Of a stretch of 64,000 nt of DNA, positions 39,737 through 49,239 are shown one piece after another (within the stretch, counting starts at the first letter, position 1; the number at the start of each line of letters is the position of its first letter). The translations under genes and the position numbers were made by a program. The stretch covers positions 69,442,001 through 69,506,000 of the forward strand of contig OZ076409.1 of the NCBI GenBank assembly GCA_964187785.1, read 5' to 3'. The notes under the pieces are model-generated. The model saw nothing but the letters and a program-made list of their open reading frames with translations. It was not told where the DNA came from and searched no databases. Source of the stretch: Amphiscolops sp. MND2022. Lineage: Eukaryota.

Positions 39737-42700
39737 ATGGAGAATTGTAGTATTTGTAATTTAAATTATAAAAAAGTTTTCAAGTCTGATCATTTAAAAT
39801 CAGTAAAGCATCTTGAAAAATTAGATCAATATTATTGTAAAAAATGTAATTTATTTATGCCCTTATCAGATAAAATTTCTCATTTAAGTTCAGATGAACA
39901 TAAAAATAAAACCGAACAACGACGTGTTTGGTGTGAAGATTGTAGTAAATTTATATCTGATACAACAAGACATTTCCAAAGTGAAATTCATTTACAAAAC
40001 CGTCAACGGGAAAACATGCAAAATTTCGGTAATGGAGTAGAAATAATTATGAATGAAAATACATACATTAAACTTGAAATAAGTCCAACTAGTAATCTCG
40101 AAGATCATATAAATGAATTACTTAGTAAAAATTATTTTCCCCGATATAAATATCAATTGAGTTATCTAGCTAAATTTTCAAAAATAGTTAATGGAGAAGA
40201 AGAAGTATTTATAAAATGGATAAAATCAGATCTAATGAATAACAATATACAACCAGATACTCATAACACATTAATGCAGAAATTAGATGATGAACAATTA
40301 GAAGGATCAGGTTTTGTGTTTCAAGAAATAGAAGAAGTTATTTTAGAAATATATAAAGTTAATGATATTCAAGTTTCATCATATATTGAATTACCAGGAA
40401 AATATAAGGATAATAAATCAATCATAAATATAAAGAATAATGATCAATATTGTTTTTTATGGTGTATTTTAGCCCAGTTGTATCCAGTTGAGAATCATAA
40501 AGATAGAATATCAAAATATATTATTCATTTAAATAAACTCAACCTGAAAGGATTAGAGTTCCCTATGAAAGTTAAAGATATTCCCAAGTTCGAAAACTTA
40601 AATAATTTAAATATAAATGTATTTGAACTCACTGGAAATGTTTTAACACCAATCCACGTTAACAAAAATTACTTACAACCACAAATAGATTTATTATTAT
40701 ATCAAAATCACTATTGTTTAATAACAAAGCTGCATTGTTTAATAAATAAAGATTCACATATGAAACATGTATGTAGAAGATGTTTAACAGCATTTAGTTC
40801 ACAACCAGTTCTAATTGATCATATAGATCGTTGTCAAAAACAGCAACCAACTGAAATCACATTCAGTTGGAAGGATCAGTTAAAGTTCGAAGATTATCAT
40901 ATGAAAGTCCCTCGACCAATAAGAGTATATGCAGGTTTTGAATGTATCAATCAACCTCAAAATACCCCCAACGTGTTATTCAAACAAATTCCAATTGCAG
41001 TAGGATATTATGTAATTTCACCATTCGGAAATTATTACTATTCATACTTTGGAATAGATTGTACCAAGTGGTTTGTAAATAGAATGTTAACTTTAGAAAA
41101 AATTGCATCAAAATATTTTAAAACAAATTTAGAATTAGAAATGAGTCAAGAAGAAGAAGAAGTACAATTTGAACAAGCAGAAGAGTGTTGGCTTTGTGAA
41201 AATCCACTCGATGATACTAAGGTTAGAGATCATGATCATCTAACAGGAAAATACAGAGGTGCAGCTCATAATATATGTAACATCAATTGTAAACAAAAGT
41301 CATCAAGTTTTGTTCCTATATTTTTCCATAACTTTTCTGGGTATGATTGTCATCTTATATTTGAAGAACTTGTAACCGAAGCATACAATCAAAGTTATAA
41401 TCCAACGATAATTCCAAAATCACTGGAAAATTATGTTAGTGTACAAGTAGGTTGTTTGAGATTCTTAGATTCATACCGATTTCTTTCTTCCAGTTTAAAT
41501 AAATTAGTTAAGAGTTTAGACAATTTTCCTATCATGAAATTGGAAGGAATGAGTGATGATTTATTCAAAAAGAAATTAGCTTATCCTTATGAATACTTAA
41601 ATCTTGATAACTTTCAGGAACCATTAAATCTAACCAAAGAAGATTATTGGTCAACATTAACACAATCTTATCCATCAGATGATGATACAAAAAGAACCCA
41701 AGAACTAATTGATAAAAATAAAATTGAAAATGGAAGAGAATTAACAATGTTATATTTAAAAATGGATGTTCTTCAATTAGCTGATGTATTCGAAAACTTT
41801 GTGAAAAGTTCTACACGAGAATATAAAATTGATCCTTTGTATATTTACTCTCTACCTGGTTATACATGGAAAGCAGGTTTGAAGTTGACTGATATAAAGT
41901 TAGACTTCATAAAAGATAAAAACCTACTGCTACTACTTGAAAATAATATCCGTGGAGGAATTTCAAGTGTAATGGGAGATCGTCACGTGCAATCTGATGA
42001 AAATAAACAAATCTTATATATCGATGCAAATAATCTATATGGATGGGCAATGAGTCAAAATCTTCCTACTGGCGAATTCGAAATATTACCTCTTAATCCG
42101 TGTAATTACACAGATAATTACAATCTAGAGCAATTAGTAGAAGATTTATTACAAATACCTGATGATAATGAATATGGATTCTTTATAGAATGTGATTTAG
42201 AATATCCTGTTGAAATTAAAGAAAAAACAAAAAACTTTCCTTTTTGTCCGTATCAAACAAAAGCAGATCCAAACTTATTCTCAGGTTATATGAATAATAT
42301 AAATCAACCTAATTACAAACCAACATCAAAACTTATGTGTGATGTAACCAATAAATCGAAATTTATGATACATTATAGGATGTTTAAGTTTTATCTTAAC
42401 CAAGGGATGAAAGTAACGAAGATACATACTATCTATAAGTTTAAACAAAGTCCATGGTTAGGTAAATATATCGATCATAATACTCAGAAACGCACAGTAG
42501 CGAAAACAAACTTTGAAAAGGATCTTTATAAATTAATGAATAATGCTTTCTTTGGGAAGACTATGGAAAATGTAAGAGATAGAACCAATCTAGAATTCAT
42601 TGATCATTCTCAAATAGATCAAATAATAAAAAGACAATCCAAGTTAAGTTTCAAAGGTATTGTGGATCATTATTCTAAGTTTAGTGTGTACAAGTTTGAT

Positions 42701-43483
42701 AAAGAAAAAACAGTCTTTGATAAACCAATTTATTTAGGTTTTACAGTTTTAGAACTATCAAAACTATTAATGTATGAATTTTATTATAACAAATTACAAC
42801 CATATTGGAAACAATCCATACAACTACACTACATGGACACTGATAGTTTTATTCTGAGTTTTGATACAAACCACCAAGAACTAATAAACTTTTTACAAGG
42901 AAACAAAGATGAATTTGATTTCAGTGAATTACACCCAAGTGATGAATTATATGATCCTATTAACAAAAAAGTTATAGGAAAAATGAAAATTGAAACAAGT
43001 CCAGTTTTGGTGTTAGATACCTTCACGGCATTGCGATCAAAGTCATATTCTTTTAGTTACAATAACATTCAAAAAGCGAAACAAAAAGGAATACAAAATG
43101 CTCCCAAATGTGAACACTACAAAAATTCATTGTTTAATTCAGAAACATCAAGTTCTACAAATATATCAATTAGATCTAATTTACACAACCTTACAGTTGA
43201 AAAACAAAACAAACTAGCTTTGAATCCTTTTGACGATAAACGTTTGTATATAAATCCAATACAAAGTTTACCATGGGACAAACACACTCAAAAAGGCGAT
43301 TGCCCTTGTATATATTGTTTGAAATTAATTGGTTTGTATTATAAAGAATTAACTATAAATGTTGACGGTAGCAAGAAAACAGATGAAGAAATTTATTTCA
43401 ATGTTTGGTATTGGAAACAAGCACTCACCCATCAACAAATTGTGAAGTTGATAAGTGATCGAGCACATGTTTTAGAAAAATAA
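39737..43483 (+). CDS. polB: Protein-primed family B DNA polymerase (pPolB) polyprotein with N-terminal Zn fingers, OTU-like domain and inserted EndoVII/HNH-like domain
   Basis: YIDANNLYG, KLMNNAFFGK, YMDTDS; exonuclease FHNFSGYD and FLDSYRF; CWLC...RDHDHLTGKYRGAAHNICN. Confidence 0.96.
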   Translation: MENCSICNLNYKKVFKSDHLKSVKHLEKLDQYYCKKCNLFMPLSDKISHLSSDEHKNKTEQRRVWCEDCSKFISDTTRHFQSEIHLQNRQRENMQNFGNGVEIIMNENTYIKLEISPTSNLEDHINELLSKNYFPRYKYQLSYLAKFSKIVNGEEEVFIKWIKSDLMNNNIQPDTHNTLMQKLDDEQLEGSGFVFQEIEEVILEIYKVNDIQVSSYIELPGKYKDNKSIINIKNNDQYCFLWCILAQLYPVENHKDRISKYIIHLNKLNLKGLEFPMKVKDIPKFENLNNLNINVFELTGNVLTPIHVNKNYLQPQIDLLLYQNHYCLITKLHCLINKDSHMKHVCRRCLTAFSSQPVLIDHIDRCQKQQPTEITFSWKDQLKFEDYHMKVPRPIRVYAGFECINQPQNTPNVLFKQIPIAVGYYVISPFGNYYYSYFGIDCTKWFVNRMLTLEKIASKYFKTNLELEMSQEEEEVQFEQAEECWLCENPLDDTKVRDHDHLTGKYRGAAHNICNINCKQKSSSFVPIFFHNFSGYDCHLIFEELVTEAYNQSYNPTIIPKSLENYVSVQVGCLRFLDSYRFLSSSLNKLVKSLDNFPIMKLEGMSDDLFKKKLAYPYEYLNLDNFQEPLNLTKEDYWSTLTQSYPSDDDTKRTQELIDKNKIENGRELTMLYLKMDVLQLADVFENFVKSSTREYKIDPLYIYSLPGYTWKAGLKLTDIKLDFIKDKNLLLLLENNIRGGISSVMGDRHVQSDENKQILYIDANNLYGWAMSQNLPTGEFEILPLNPCNYTDNYNLEQLVEDLLQIPDDNEYGFFIECDLEYPVEIKEKTKNFPFCPYQTKADPNLFSGYMNNINQPNYKPTSKLMCDVTNKSKFMIHYRMFKFYLNQGMKVTKIHTIYKFKQSPWLGKYIDHNTQKRTVAKTNFEKDLYKLMNNAFFGKTMENVRDRTNLEFIDHSQIDQIIKRQSKLSFKGIVDHYSKFSVYKFDKEKTVFDKPIYLGFTVLELSKLLMYEFYYNKLQPYWKQSIQLHYMDTDSFILSFDTNHQELINFLQGNKDEFDFSELHPSDELYDPINKKVIGKMKIETSPVLVLDTFTALRSKSYSFSYNNIQKAKQKGIQNAPKCEHYKNSLFNSETSSSTNISIRSNLHNLTVEKQNKLALNPFDDKRLYINPIQSLPWDKHTQKGDCPCIYCLKLIGLYYKELTINVDGSKKTDEEIYFNVWYWKQALTHQQIVKLISDRAHVLEK

Positions 43484-43575
43484 ATATATTATTTTATAAT
43501 TATTTTTATTTATAAAAATAAATTTTTTTATGATATCAGCAGAGCTGTATTATTATATATTTAAATTTTATTTAT

Positions 43576-44805
43576 TCATAATAAATCAAAATGCCTTTGT
43601 CCATCACTACTGATACTTATCAGTTTAGGTGTTAGGACTAGGGCATAAGCTATATAGTCTGCTACATCAATGGCAGTATTAAATTTGAATTCTAATCTAA
43701 TAGGTTGACTCCCGATGGGGTCTTTTTGTTTGGATAAATCAAATACATAGAAATTATAATTTGTCCTGAATTTATGCAAATCAATAAATGGATTGAGTAG
43801 GTTAGTTTCACTTTTTAACAAATAGAAGTTTTCAATTTCACTGTATGCTTGATCATATTTATCTCTATCATAATCACATTCTATTCCATCATCTGGATTT
43901 TTTTCTGATCCTATTTTACAAACTGCATTTGAAACAGGTAATCTATCAAATATTGCATTATCATGTGTTTGTGAATCAATTTTATTTCTAGCTTGAAATC
44001 CAACAATTATAAAACTTGGTGTTGATTCTCCACTATTACCTAATTCAAATGTCCAATTGTTATTCGTGTTAACATCTTTTCTAAATACAATCCGTTCCAT
44101 GTAATATAATTCAGTTGGATCTTTGTCTAATATTTGATCCATCACGAGTTGTTGGTTTTCCATTGATGGTGTGTAGTGTGGAATATACCAGGAGATGTCT
44201 TTTATATTTATTTTTGCAGCATCCACACCATTGTCCCTGATAATAGGATCATTATTATTATTACGTTTTAATGTGAGACTGTAACCCAATCCATAAGTTA
44301 TTTTTTCTTGATCAGCGGATCCAAATATATCAGTTAATTTTATTCTCACAAAAAAGGTTCCTTTCTCTGTTTTATTATTTGTTAGTTCTTGTCTTCTAGT
44401 TGCTTGTGGTTCTTCAAATCCGTACATCAATTGACTTGTTTGTTGATTAGATGTTAAAAGTTTATACATCAATGAAATTGGGTGTAGATTATCAACTTTT
44501 TCTAAATGTTTACCTGAACTAGTAGTTAACTTAGCTTCACTAAATAAAGCAACGGGTCCAAAGTTGACCAAGCTTATTTGATCACTATCTGCATAACTTG
44601 TATCATCATTTTTAAGAACTTCAAATTCTAATGATATATATGAGTTTTGTAAACAAATATATGCATCTTCTCTTGGGAAGATGATGGAAATATTTGAATT
44701 ATTATTGTTGATTGTAGCTAAACTACTAGGTGAGTAGTTAATAAAATCAATTTTATGAGTAGGTTTATCCATAGCATATTTATTTTTCAATGAGAATAAT
44801 TCCAT
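43576..44805 (-). CDS. Major capsid protein (double jelly-roll)
   Basis: 409 aa, beta-rich; motifs PSFIIVGFQ and FYVFDLSKQ...IRLEFKF...AYALV resemble Polinton MCP ends; Polinton context. Confidence 0.8.
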   Translation of the reverse strand: MELFSLKNKYAMDKPTHKIDFINYSPSSLATINNNNSNISIIFPREDAYICLQNSYISLEFEVLKNDDTSYADSDQISLVNFGPVALFSEAKLTTSSGKHLEKVDNLHPISLMYKLLTSNQQTSQLMYGFEEPQATRRQELTNNKTEKGTFFVRIKLTDIFGSADQEKITYGLGYSLTLKRNNNNDPIIRDNGVDAAKINIKDISWYIPHYTPSMENQQLVMDQILDKDPTELYYMERIVFRKDVNTNNNWTFELGNSGESTPSFIIVGFQARNKIDSQTHDNAIFDRLPVSNAVCKIGSEKNPDDGIECDYDRDKYDQAYSEIENFYLLKSETNLLNPFIDLHKFRTNYNFYVFDLSKQKDPIGSQPIRLEFKFNTAIDVADYIAYALVLTPKLISISSDGQRHFDLL

Positions 44806-44873
44806 TTTTTAAAGAATAAATATTCATGATGATAATTTAAAATTTATATTTATATTATTTTTACCAAATAAAT

Positions 44874-45395
44874 TTATCCTAAAAAAGTAAACTCAGAATT
44901 TAGTTTAGTTTTATTGTTTTTATACACATCGTAAGTTTGTTTTAATTTGTTGTATTCATTCAGATCAATTTTATTGTCTTCTAAACATTTTGAATGTAGT
45001 TTTTGGTAGTCGTGTAGTGTTGTACCAGCAAGAGTATATTTTTTAGTATTGTGTTGTTCTTTTCTTTTCAGGTACTCTCCAGCAATTTTACTGATTATAC
45101 ATAAACCTGCACCTATACGACTTGCTATAGGCACAACAACAAGTCCAACTCCTGTGACACTCAACGTGACACAAGTTGATGATACTGCTAGTACTGAAAC
45201 TCCATCAATAGATTGAATTAAATCGTTTATAATTTTATATGTTTTAGATTTCTTTTTATACTTTTTAGCTTCATGATTATAAAAATTTTGAATATCTTTT
45301 ATATTTTGAATTGAATTATTAAAACTATTTATTTCTTCCAATCGCATATCAAGATTATCCGATTCACGTAAACAAGGATACAATTTTTCACTCAT
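44874..45395 (-). CDS. Conserved Polinton membrane protein (PW-like) with a Gly/Val-rich hydrophobic hairpin
   Basis: GVSVLAVSSTCVTLSVTGVGLVVVPIASRIGAGLCII followed by SKCLEDNKIDLNEY. Confidence 0.6.
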   Translation of the reverse strand: MSEKLYPCLRESDNLDMRLEEINSFNNSIQNIKDIQNFYNHEAKKYKKKSKTYKIINDLIQSIDGVSVLAVSSTCVTLSVTGVGLVVVPIASRIGAGLCIISKIAGEYLKRKEQHNTKKYTLAGTTLHDYQKLHSKCLEDNKIDLNEYNKLKQTYDVYKNNKTKLNSEFTFLG

Positions 45396-45419
45396 TTAAT
45401 TTTAAATAAAAACTTAATT

Positions 45420-46130
45420 TTAGTTTTCAAAAAGTATGAAATTTATCTCAGTATCGGTTAGTTTCATTCTATATTTAAGGTCAACTATATCTTTGTATTC
45501 ATCTTTCTTTAAGCACTTCACGATATCTTCTCGCGTTGAATAGTCTAAATCAGATAAATAATACACACCATCTGATGTCTTTATTTCTGTTCCGTATTTT
45601 TCCCACAAGTATTCATCACTAAAATATAAGTACTCATTAAAGATTTGGTCTTTATTTTCAAATGAGTCAAACAATCCTTTGTTGTATAGTAATTGAATAG
45701 TATCTTTGACTGCTTGATTTTTACATTTTTCCAATTCCAAAATAAGGTTTCTCTCAAAATGATTACGTAAAATGGTTTGTTGTTCTTCCACTAACTCGGC
45801 AGCATCCAAAATTATTTCTTTTTTCTTTTTTAAAAATTTATTTTTAATATCTTGTTCTAAATACTTTAAATTTATTTTTATATCTTCTATACTCTTGTTA
45901 ATGTCTAAGAATAACTTTGCATTGACTACGATTTGTGTTTCACCGTTGTCAAATATAATTTCTTGTAGGTTACCGAAGGTGCTTTGCATATCAAAATTTT
46001 CTAAAGTATTAGACAAATCATTAAGTTTTATGTTGATTAATTTGGTTTGTGATTCCAATTCTTTTTCTAAATTCTCAATCTTATCTTTTTGTAAGCTTTC
46101 GGCACTATAACCAAATTTATGAATTGACAT
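45420..46130 (-). CDS. Hypothetical coiled-coil protein
   Basis: 236-aa intact ORF in a tightly packed gene array; heptad-like L/I/K/E pattern. Confidence 0.65.
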   Translation of the reverse strand: MSIHKFGYSAESLQKDKIENLEKELESQTKLINIKLNDLSNTLENFDMQSTFGNLQEIIFDNGETQIVVNAKLFLDINKSIEDIKINLKYLEQDIKNKFLKKKKEIILDAAELVEEQQTILRNHFERNLILELEKCKNQAVKDTIQLLYNKGLFDSFENKDQIFNEYLYFSDEYLWEKYGTEIKTSDGVYYLSDLDYSTREDIVKCLKKDEYKDIVDLKYRMKLTDTEINFILFEN

Positions 46131-46147
46131 TATTTATTTAAATATAT

Positions 46148-47002
46148 TTACTCACTTTGATGGAAAATATTCATACTTTCTAACGTTTTGTTGTTAGATT
46201 TGAAATTGAATACACTTCCTAAAAGTTCTTGTTCATAATATTTTCCTTCTATTTGTTCGTTGTTTTCATCTACTAAACCATACGTAACTGGGTTAGTTGG
46301 AATAATTTTATGTATTTTAAAAAGTTCTCTATTCCAATTTGTTGTATAACCTTTACTATATAAATTGCGTTTATCAGGAACTCTTACATAGTCTCCCACT
46401 TGAAATTTGGGTTGTTTCGGTTTATTAACAAAAGTAGGTGGATCTATTGGTTGATTATTAGCTTCAAAAGGTGTCATTTTGGTTGTGGTATGGACACGAT
46501 TATTATATTTTTCCACAGCAGCATCAAGATGATTCAACCAGTTACCTTTACCTTCAATGTACATTGGTTTTTTCATTAGATCTAATAAGGTTCTATTGAA
46601 TCGTTCAACAAAAACAGCTTTCAAATCTGAGTGAGTTGAATAAATTTGTATTTCATTTTGTTTAAGAAAATCCAAAAATGTTTTATTATAAAACTCTTTA
46701 CCTCTATCTGACCATATTTTATCCGGTTTTCTTTTTGTTTTTTCGATAAGACTTTTAAATGCATTTGTTGTACTTTTTCCTGATTTATCTTCAAGAGGAA
46801 TGGCCCATGCGTATTTAGTATGATTGTCAATTTTTGTAAAAATGAACTTGTAGTTTTTGTTGTATTTTGATAAGCTAGACCTGTCTATCAGATCGATACT
46901 CCAACATTCATCTTTATAATGAGGAATTATTTTAATGCGATCAAACTTTTTAATTACAGGAGAAAATATTTCTTTAGCAATTTCTTTCTTCTTTTCACTC
47001 AT
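46148..47002 (-). CDS. Retroviral-like DDE integrase (Polinton type)
   Basis: WSIDLID, IWSDRGKEF, VERFNRTL, YNNRVH, KFQVGDYVRV...GYTTNW. Confidence 0.95.
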   Translation of the reverse strand: MSEKKKEIAKEIFSPVIKKFDRIKIIPHYKDECWSIDLIDRSSLSKYNKNYKFIFTKIDNHTKYAWAIPLEDKSGKSTTNAFKSLIEKTKRKPDKIWSDRGKEFYNKTFLDFLKQNEIQIYSTHSDLKAVFVERFNRTLLDLMKKPMYIEGKGNWLNHLDAAVEKYNNRVHTTTKMTPFEANNQPIDPPTFVNKPKQPKFQVGDYVRVPDKRNLYSKGYTTNWNRELFKIHKIIPTNPVTYGLVDENNEQIEGKYYEQELLGSVFNFKSNNKTLESMNIFHQSE

Positions 47003-47016
47003 TTATTTCTTAATAA

Positions 47017-48027
47017 TTGAATAAAAAATTATATATAGGTTTATTATGTGTAATTTTTATTATAGTTTTATATATTTATTGGTATTATATTAGACCTAGA
47101 CATTACGAAAAATTATACCAAAAACTAGAACAATTCAAGGGATTTAAATATTCTCATTTAACTAACAAAGAAGAAGAACAAGAAATTACTCCACCAAACA
47201 CAAGTACAAATAGTCACTTTTTAATATATGGTACTAGTGGATCAGGTAAGACTAGTTTCCTTAAGTATTATTTAGATCAAACTAAAACAAATTTTATAGT
47301 ATTCGGTAGAGATGAAAATGAGTTTAAAGATAATTATATACCTTTGTTACAGTTAGAAAATATTGAAATAGAGAAACTTGCTAATAGAACTATAATTTTA
47401 GATGATGCAGGAGCATTCAAACAACTCAGAACTAAAGTAGAAGACTTATTTCGGTTTGGTAGACACAATAATATACAAGTTATATACCTTGCTCACTATG
47501 CAAAAGATGTTCTCCCAATAGTGAGAGAGAATTGTTTTAAATTATATATCACAATAAATAATCCAGATAGTTTCTTTGAAACCATAATACAAACTTATTC
47601 AATCAAAGAAGATCTTAAATGGAAACAATATCGTAGTCAGTTAGAATTTGGTGTAATTGAATTTGATACTAGATCACAAAAGTATAAAATACTCAATCAA
47701 AAGTATCAACTAATCTACGATACAACTAAACATAAATGGAGTCCTGAAGATTATGTAAAATATGAAAGTTATTTCTTTACAGGTGAAGAATACAACAAAC
47801 TCAAGGTGTTTTTAGAAGATACGTCAGATCAAACAATTGAAATAACACCTTTTAATGTAGCTTTTTATTATGTATATTTTTGTAAACAAAATAAAATCAA
47901 AGTAAATGAATCTAAAATAGACAACTACGTTGAACGCATGCAACAACCACTAATTTCAAATCAACTTAAAGAGGAATTTAAGAAAATTATAATTGATCAA
48001 GCAATCAGGTTTAGTAAAAGTAATTAA
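47017..48027 (+). CDS. A32/FtsK-like ATPase 1 with an N-terminal transmembrane helix (starts at TTG, no ATG)
   Basis: LYIGLLCVIFIIVLYIYWYYI; Walker A GTSGSGKT; Walker B IILDD; GRH; VRENC. Confidence 0.85.
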   Translation: MNKKLYIGLLCVIFIIVLYIYWYYIRPRHYEKLYQKLEQFKGFKYSHLTNKEEEQEITPPNTSTNSHFLIYGTSGSGKTSFLKYYLDQTKTNFIVFGRDENEFKDNYIPLLQLENIEIEKLANRTIILDDAGAFKQLRTKVEDLFRFGRHNNIQVIYLAHYAKDVLPIVRENCFKLYITINNPDSFFETIIQTYSIKEDLKWKQYRSQLEFGVIEFDTRSQKYKILNQKYQLIYDTTKHKWSPEDYVKYESYFFTGEEYNKLKVFLEDTSDQTIEITPFNVAFYYVYFCKQNKIKVNESKIDNYVERMQQPLISNQLKEEFKKIIIDQAIRFSKSN

Positions 48028-48170
48028 AAAATGGGTCTGATTTCTTAGTAAAAAATCACTAAGCAAATTCACTAAGAGCATATATTTTTCACTAAGCAAA
48101 TAAGGTTACACTTAAAACATCATGCTCTTAGTGAATTTGCTTAGTGATTTAGTGATTTTTTACTAAATAA

Positions 48171-49239
48171 ATGAAGTGTTTAATTTGTGGAAAAAGTAAT
48201 GAAAAATCTGTCTGCTCCGATTGTCAGAATAAAAAAAAGATGTAAAGTGTGTAATATACTGAAAACAGATTTTTACAATTATAAAATTGGTAAAATGTGT
48301 AGTACAAGTATAGAATGTTTCAATAAAAAAGTAAAATGTGAATTCTGTAATAAAGAATTAAAAAAAATTTATTTATCAAAACATTTAAAAAGATGTATTA
48401 TCAATCATGATAATAATAATTACACAAATAATGAAATTATAAATCATAATGAAAATCATGATAATAATAGTTATACAAATAATGAAATTATAAATCATAA
48501 TGAAAATTATGATAATAATAATTATACAAATAATGAAATTATAAATCATAATGAAAATTATGATGATATTAATTATACAAATAATATCATTACAAATGAT
48601 AATAATGATAATATTGATACAGCTACGCTGGCTTTGCATAACAATTGTAATAGGACATTGATAGTTGGCCCATCATTTTGTGGTAAGACTCATTTGTTGT
48701 TGAATAAATTACGATTGATTCGTTTGGAAGATCCAGAGAAACAAATTCGTATCATTACAAGGAGTCTGGAACAATATGAGGATGTGAAACTAGATTTAGA
48801 ACTAGGAGATATTGAAGTGGAAGAAAATGTGGGGGATTTGGATGAGTATAGGGGGTGTTGTGTAGTATTTGATGATATGTTAGACTCCAACCAGAAAATG
48901 ATTGATCCATTTTTTACTAGGGGAAGGCACAAATCTTGTGATGTTTATTATTTATGTCAGAGTTATTTTGATGCACCAAAAAAGACAGTTAGAAACAATA
49001 GTAATATCATAATTTTATTTCAACAAACACTGATAGATGTAGAACACATTTATAGAGATATTGCTGGTTTTGATATGTCTTATGATGAATTCAAAAGTTT
49101 ATGCAGAGAAGCATGGCGGGATACGTATAATTATTTATTAATAAATAGGTTAGAAGATAAAAATGGGAGTAAGTATATGATTTGTAATGAATCCAATCTG
49201 CAATACCAGATATTTAATCCACAAACTGATCCTTTTTAG
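48171..49239 (+). CDS. A32/FtsK-like packaging ATPase 2 with N-terminal Zn fingers and Asn-rich repeats; one-base frameshift in the A8 tract at 48231-48238
   Basis: GPSFCGKT, VVFDD, GRH, YLCQ, VRNN; upstream frame MKCLICGKSNEKSVCSDCQNKK joins RCKVC if one A is removed. Confidence 0.88.
48404..48585 (+). repeat. 51-bp coding minisatellite (17 aa NHDNNSYTNNEIINHNE, ~3.5 copies)
   Basis: Visible directly in DNA and protein. Confidence 0.9.

Noticed and set aside
48385..48639. Ile-rich hydrophobic ORF on the minus strand
   Set aside because: Antisense shadow of the AAT-rich Asn repeat in ATPase 2
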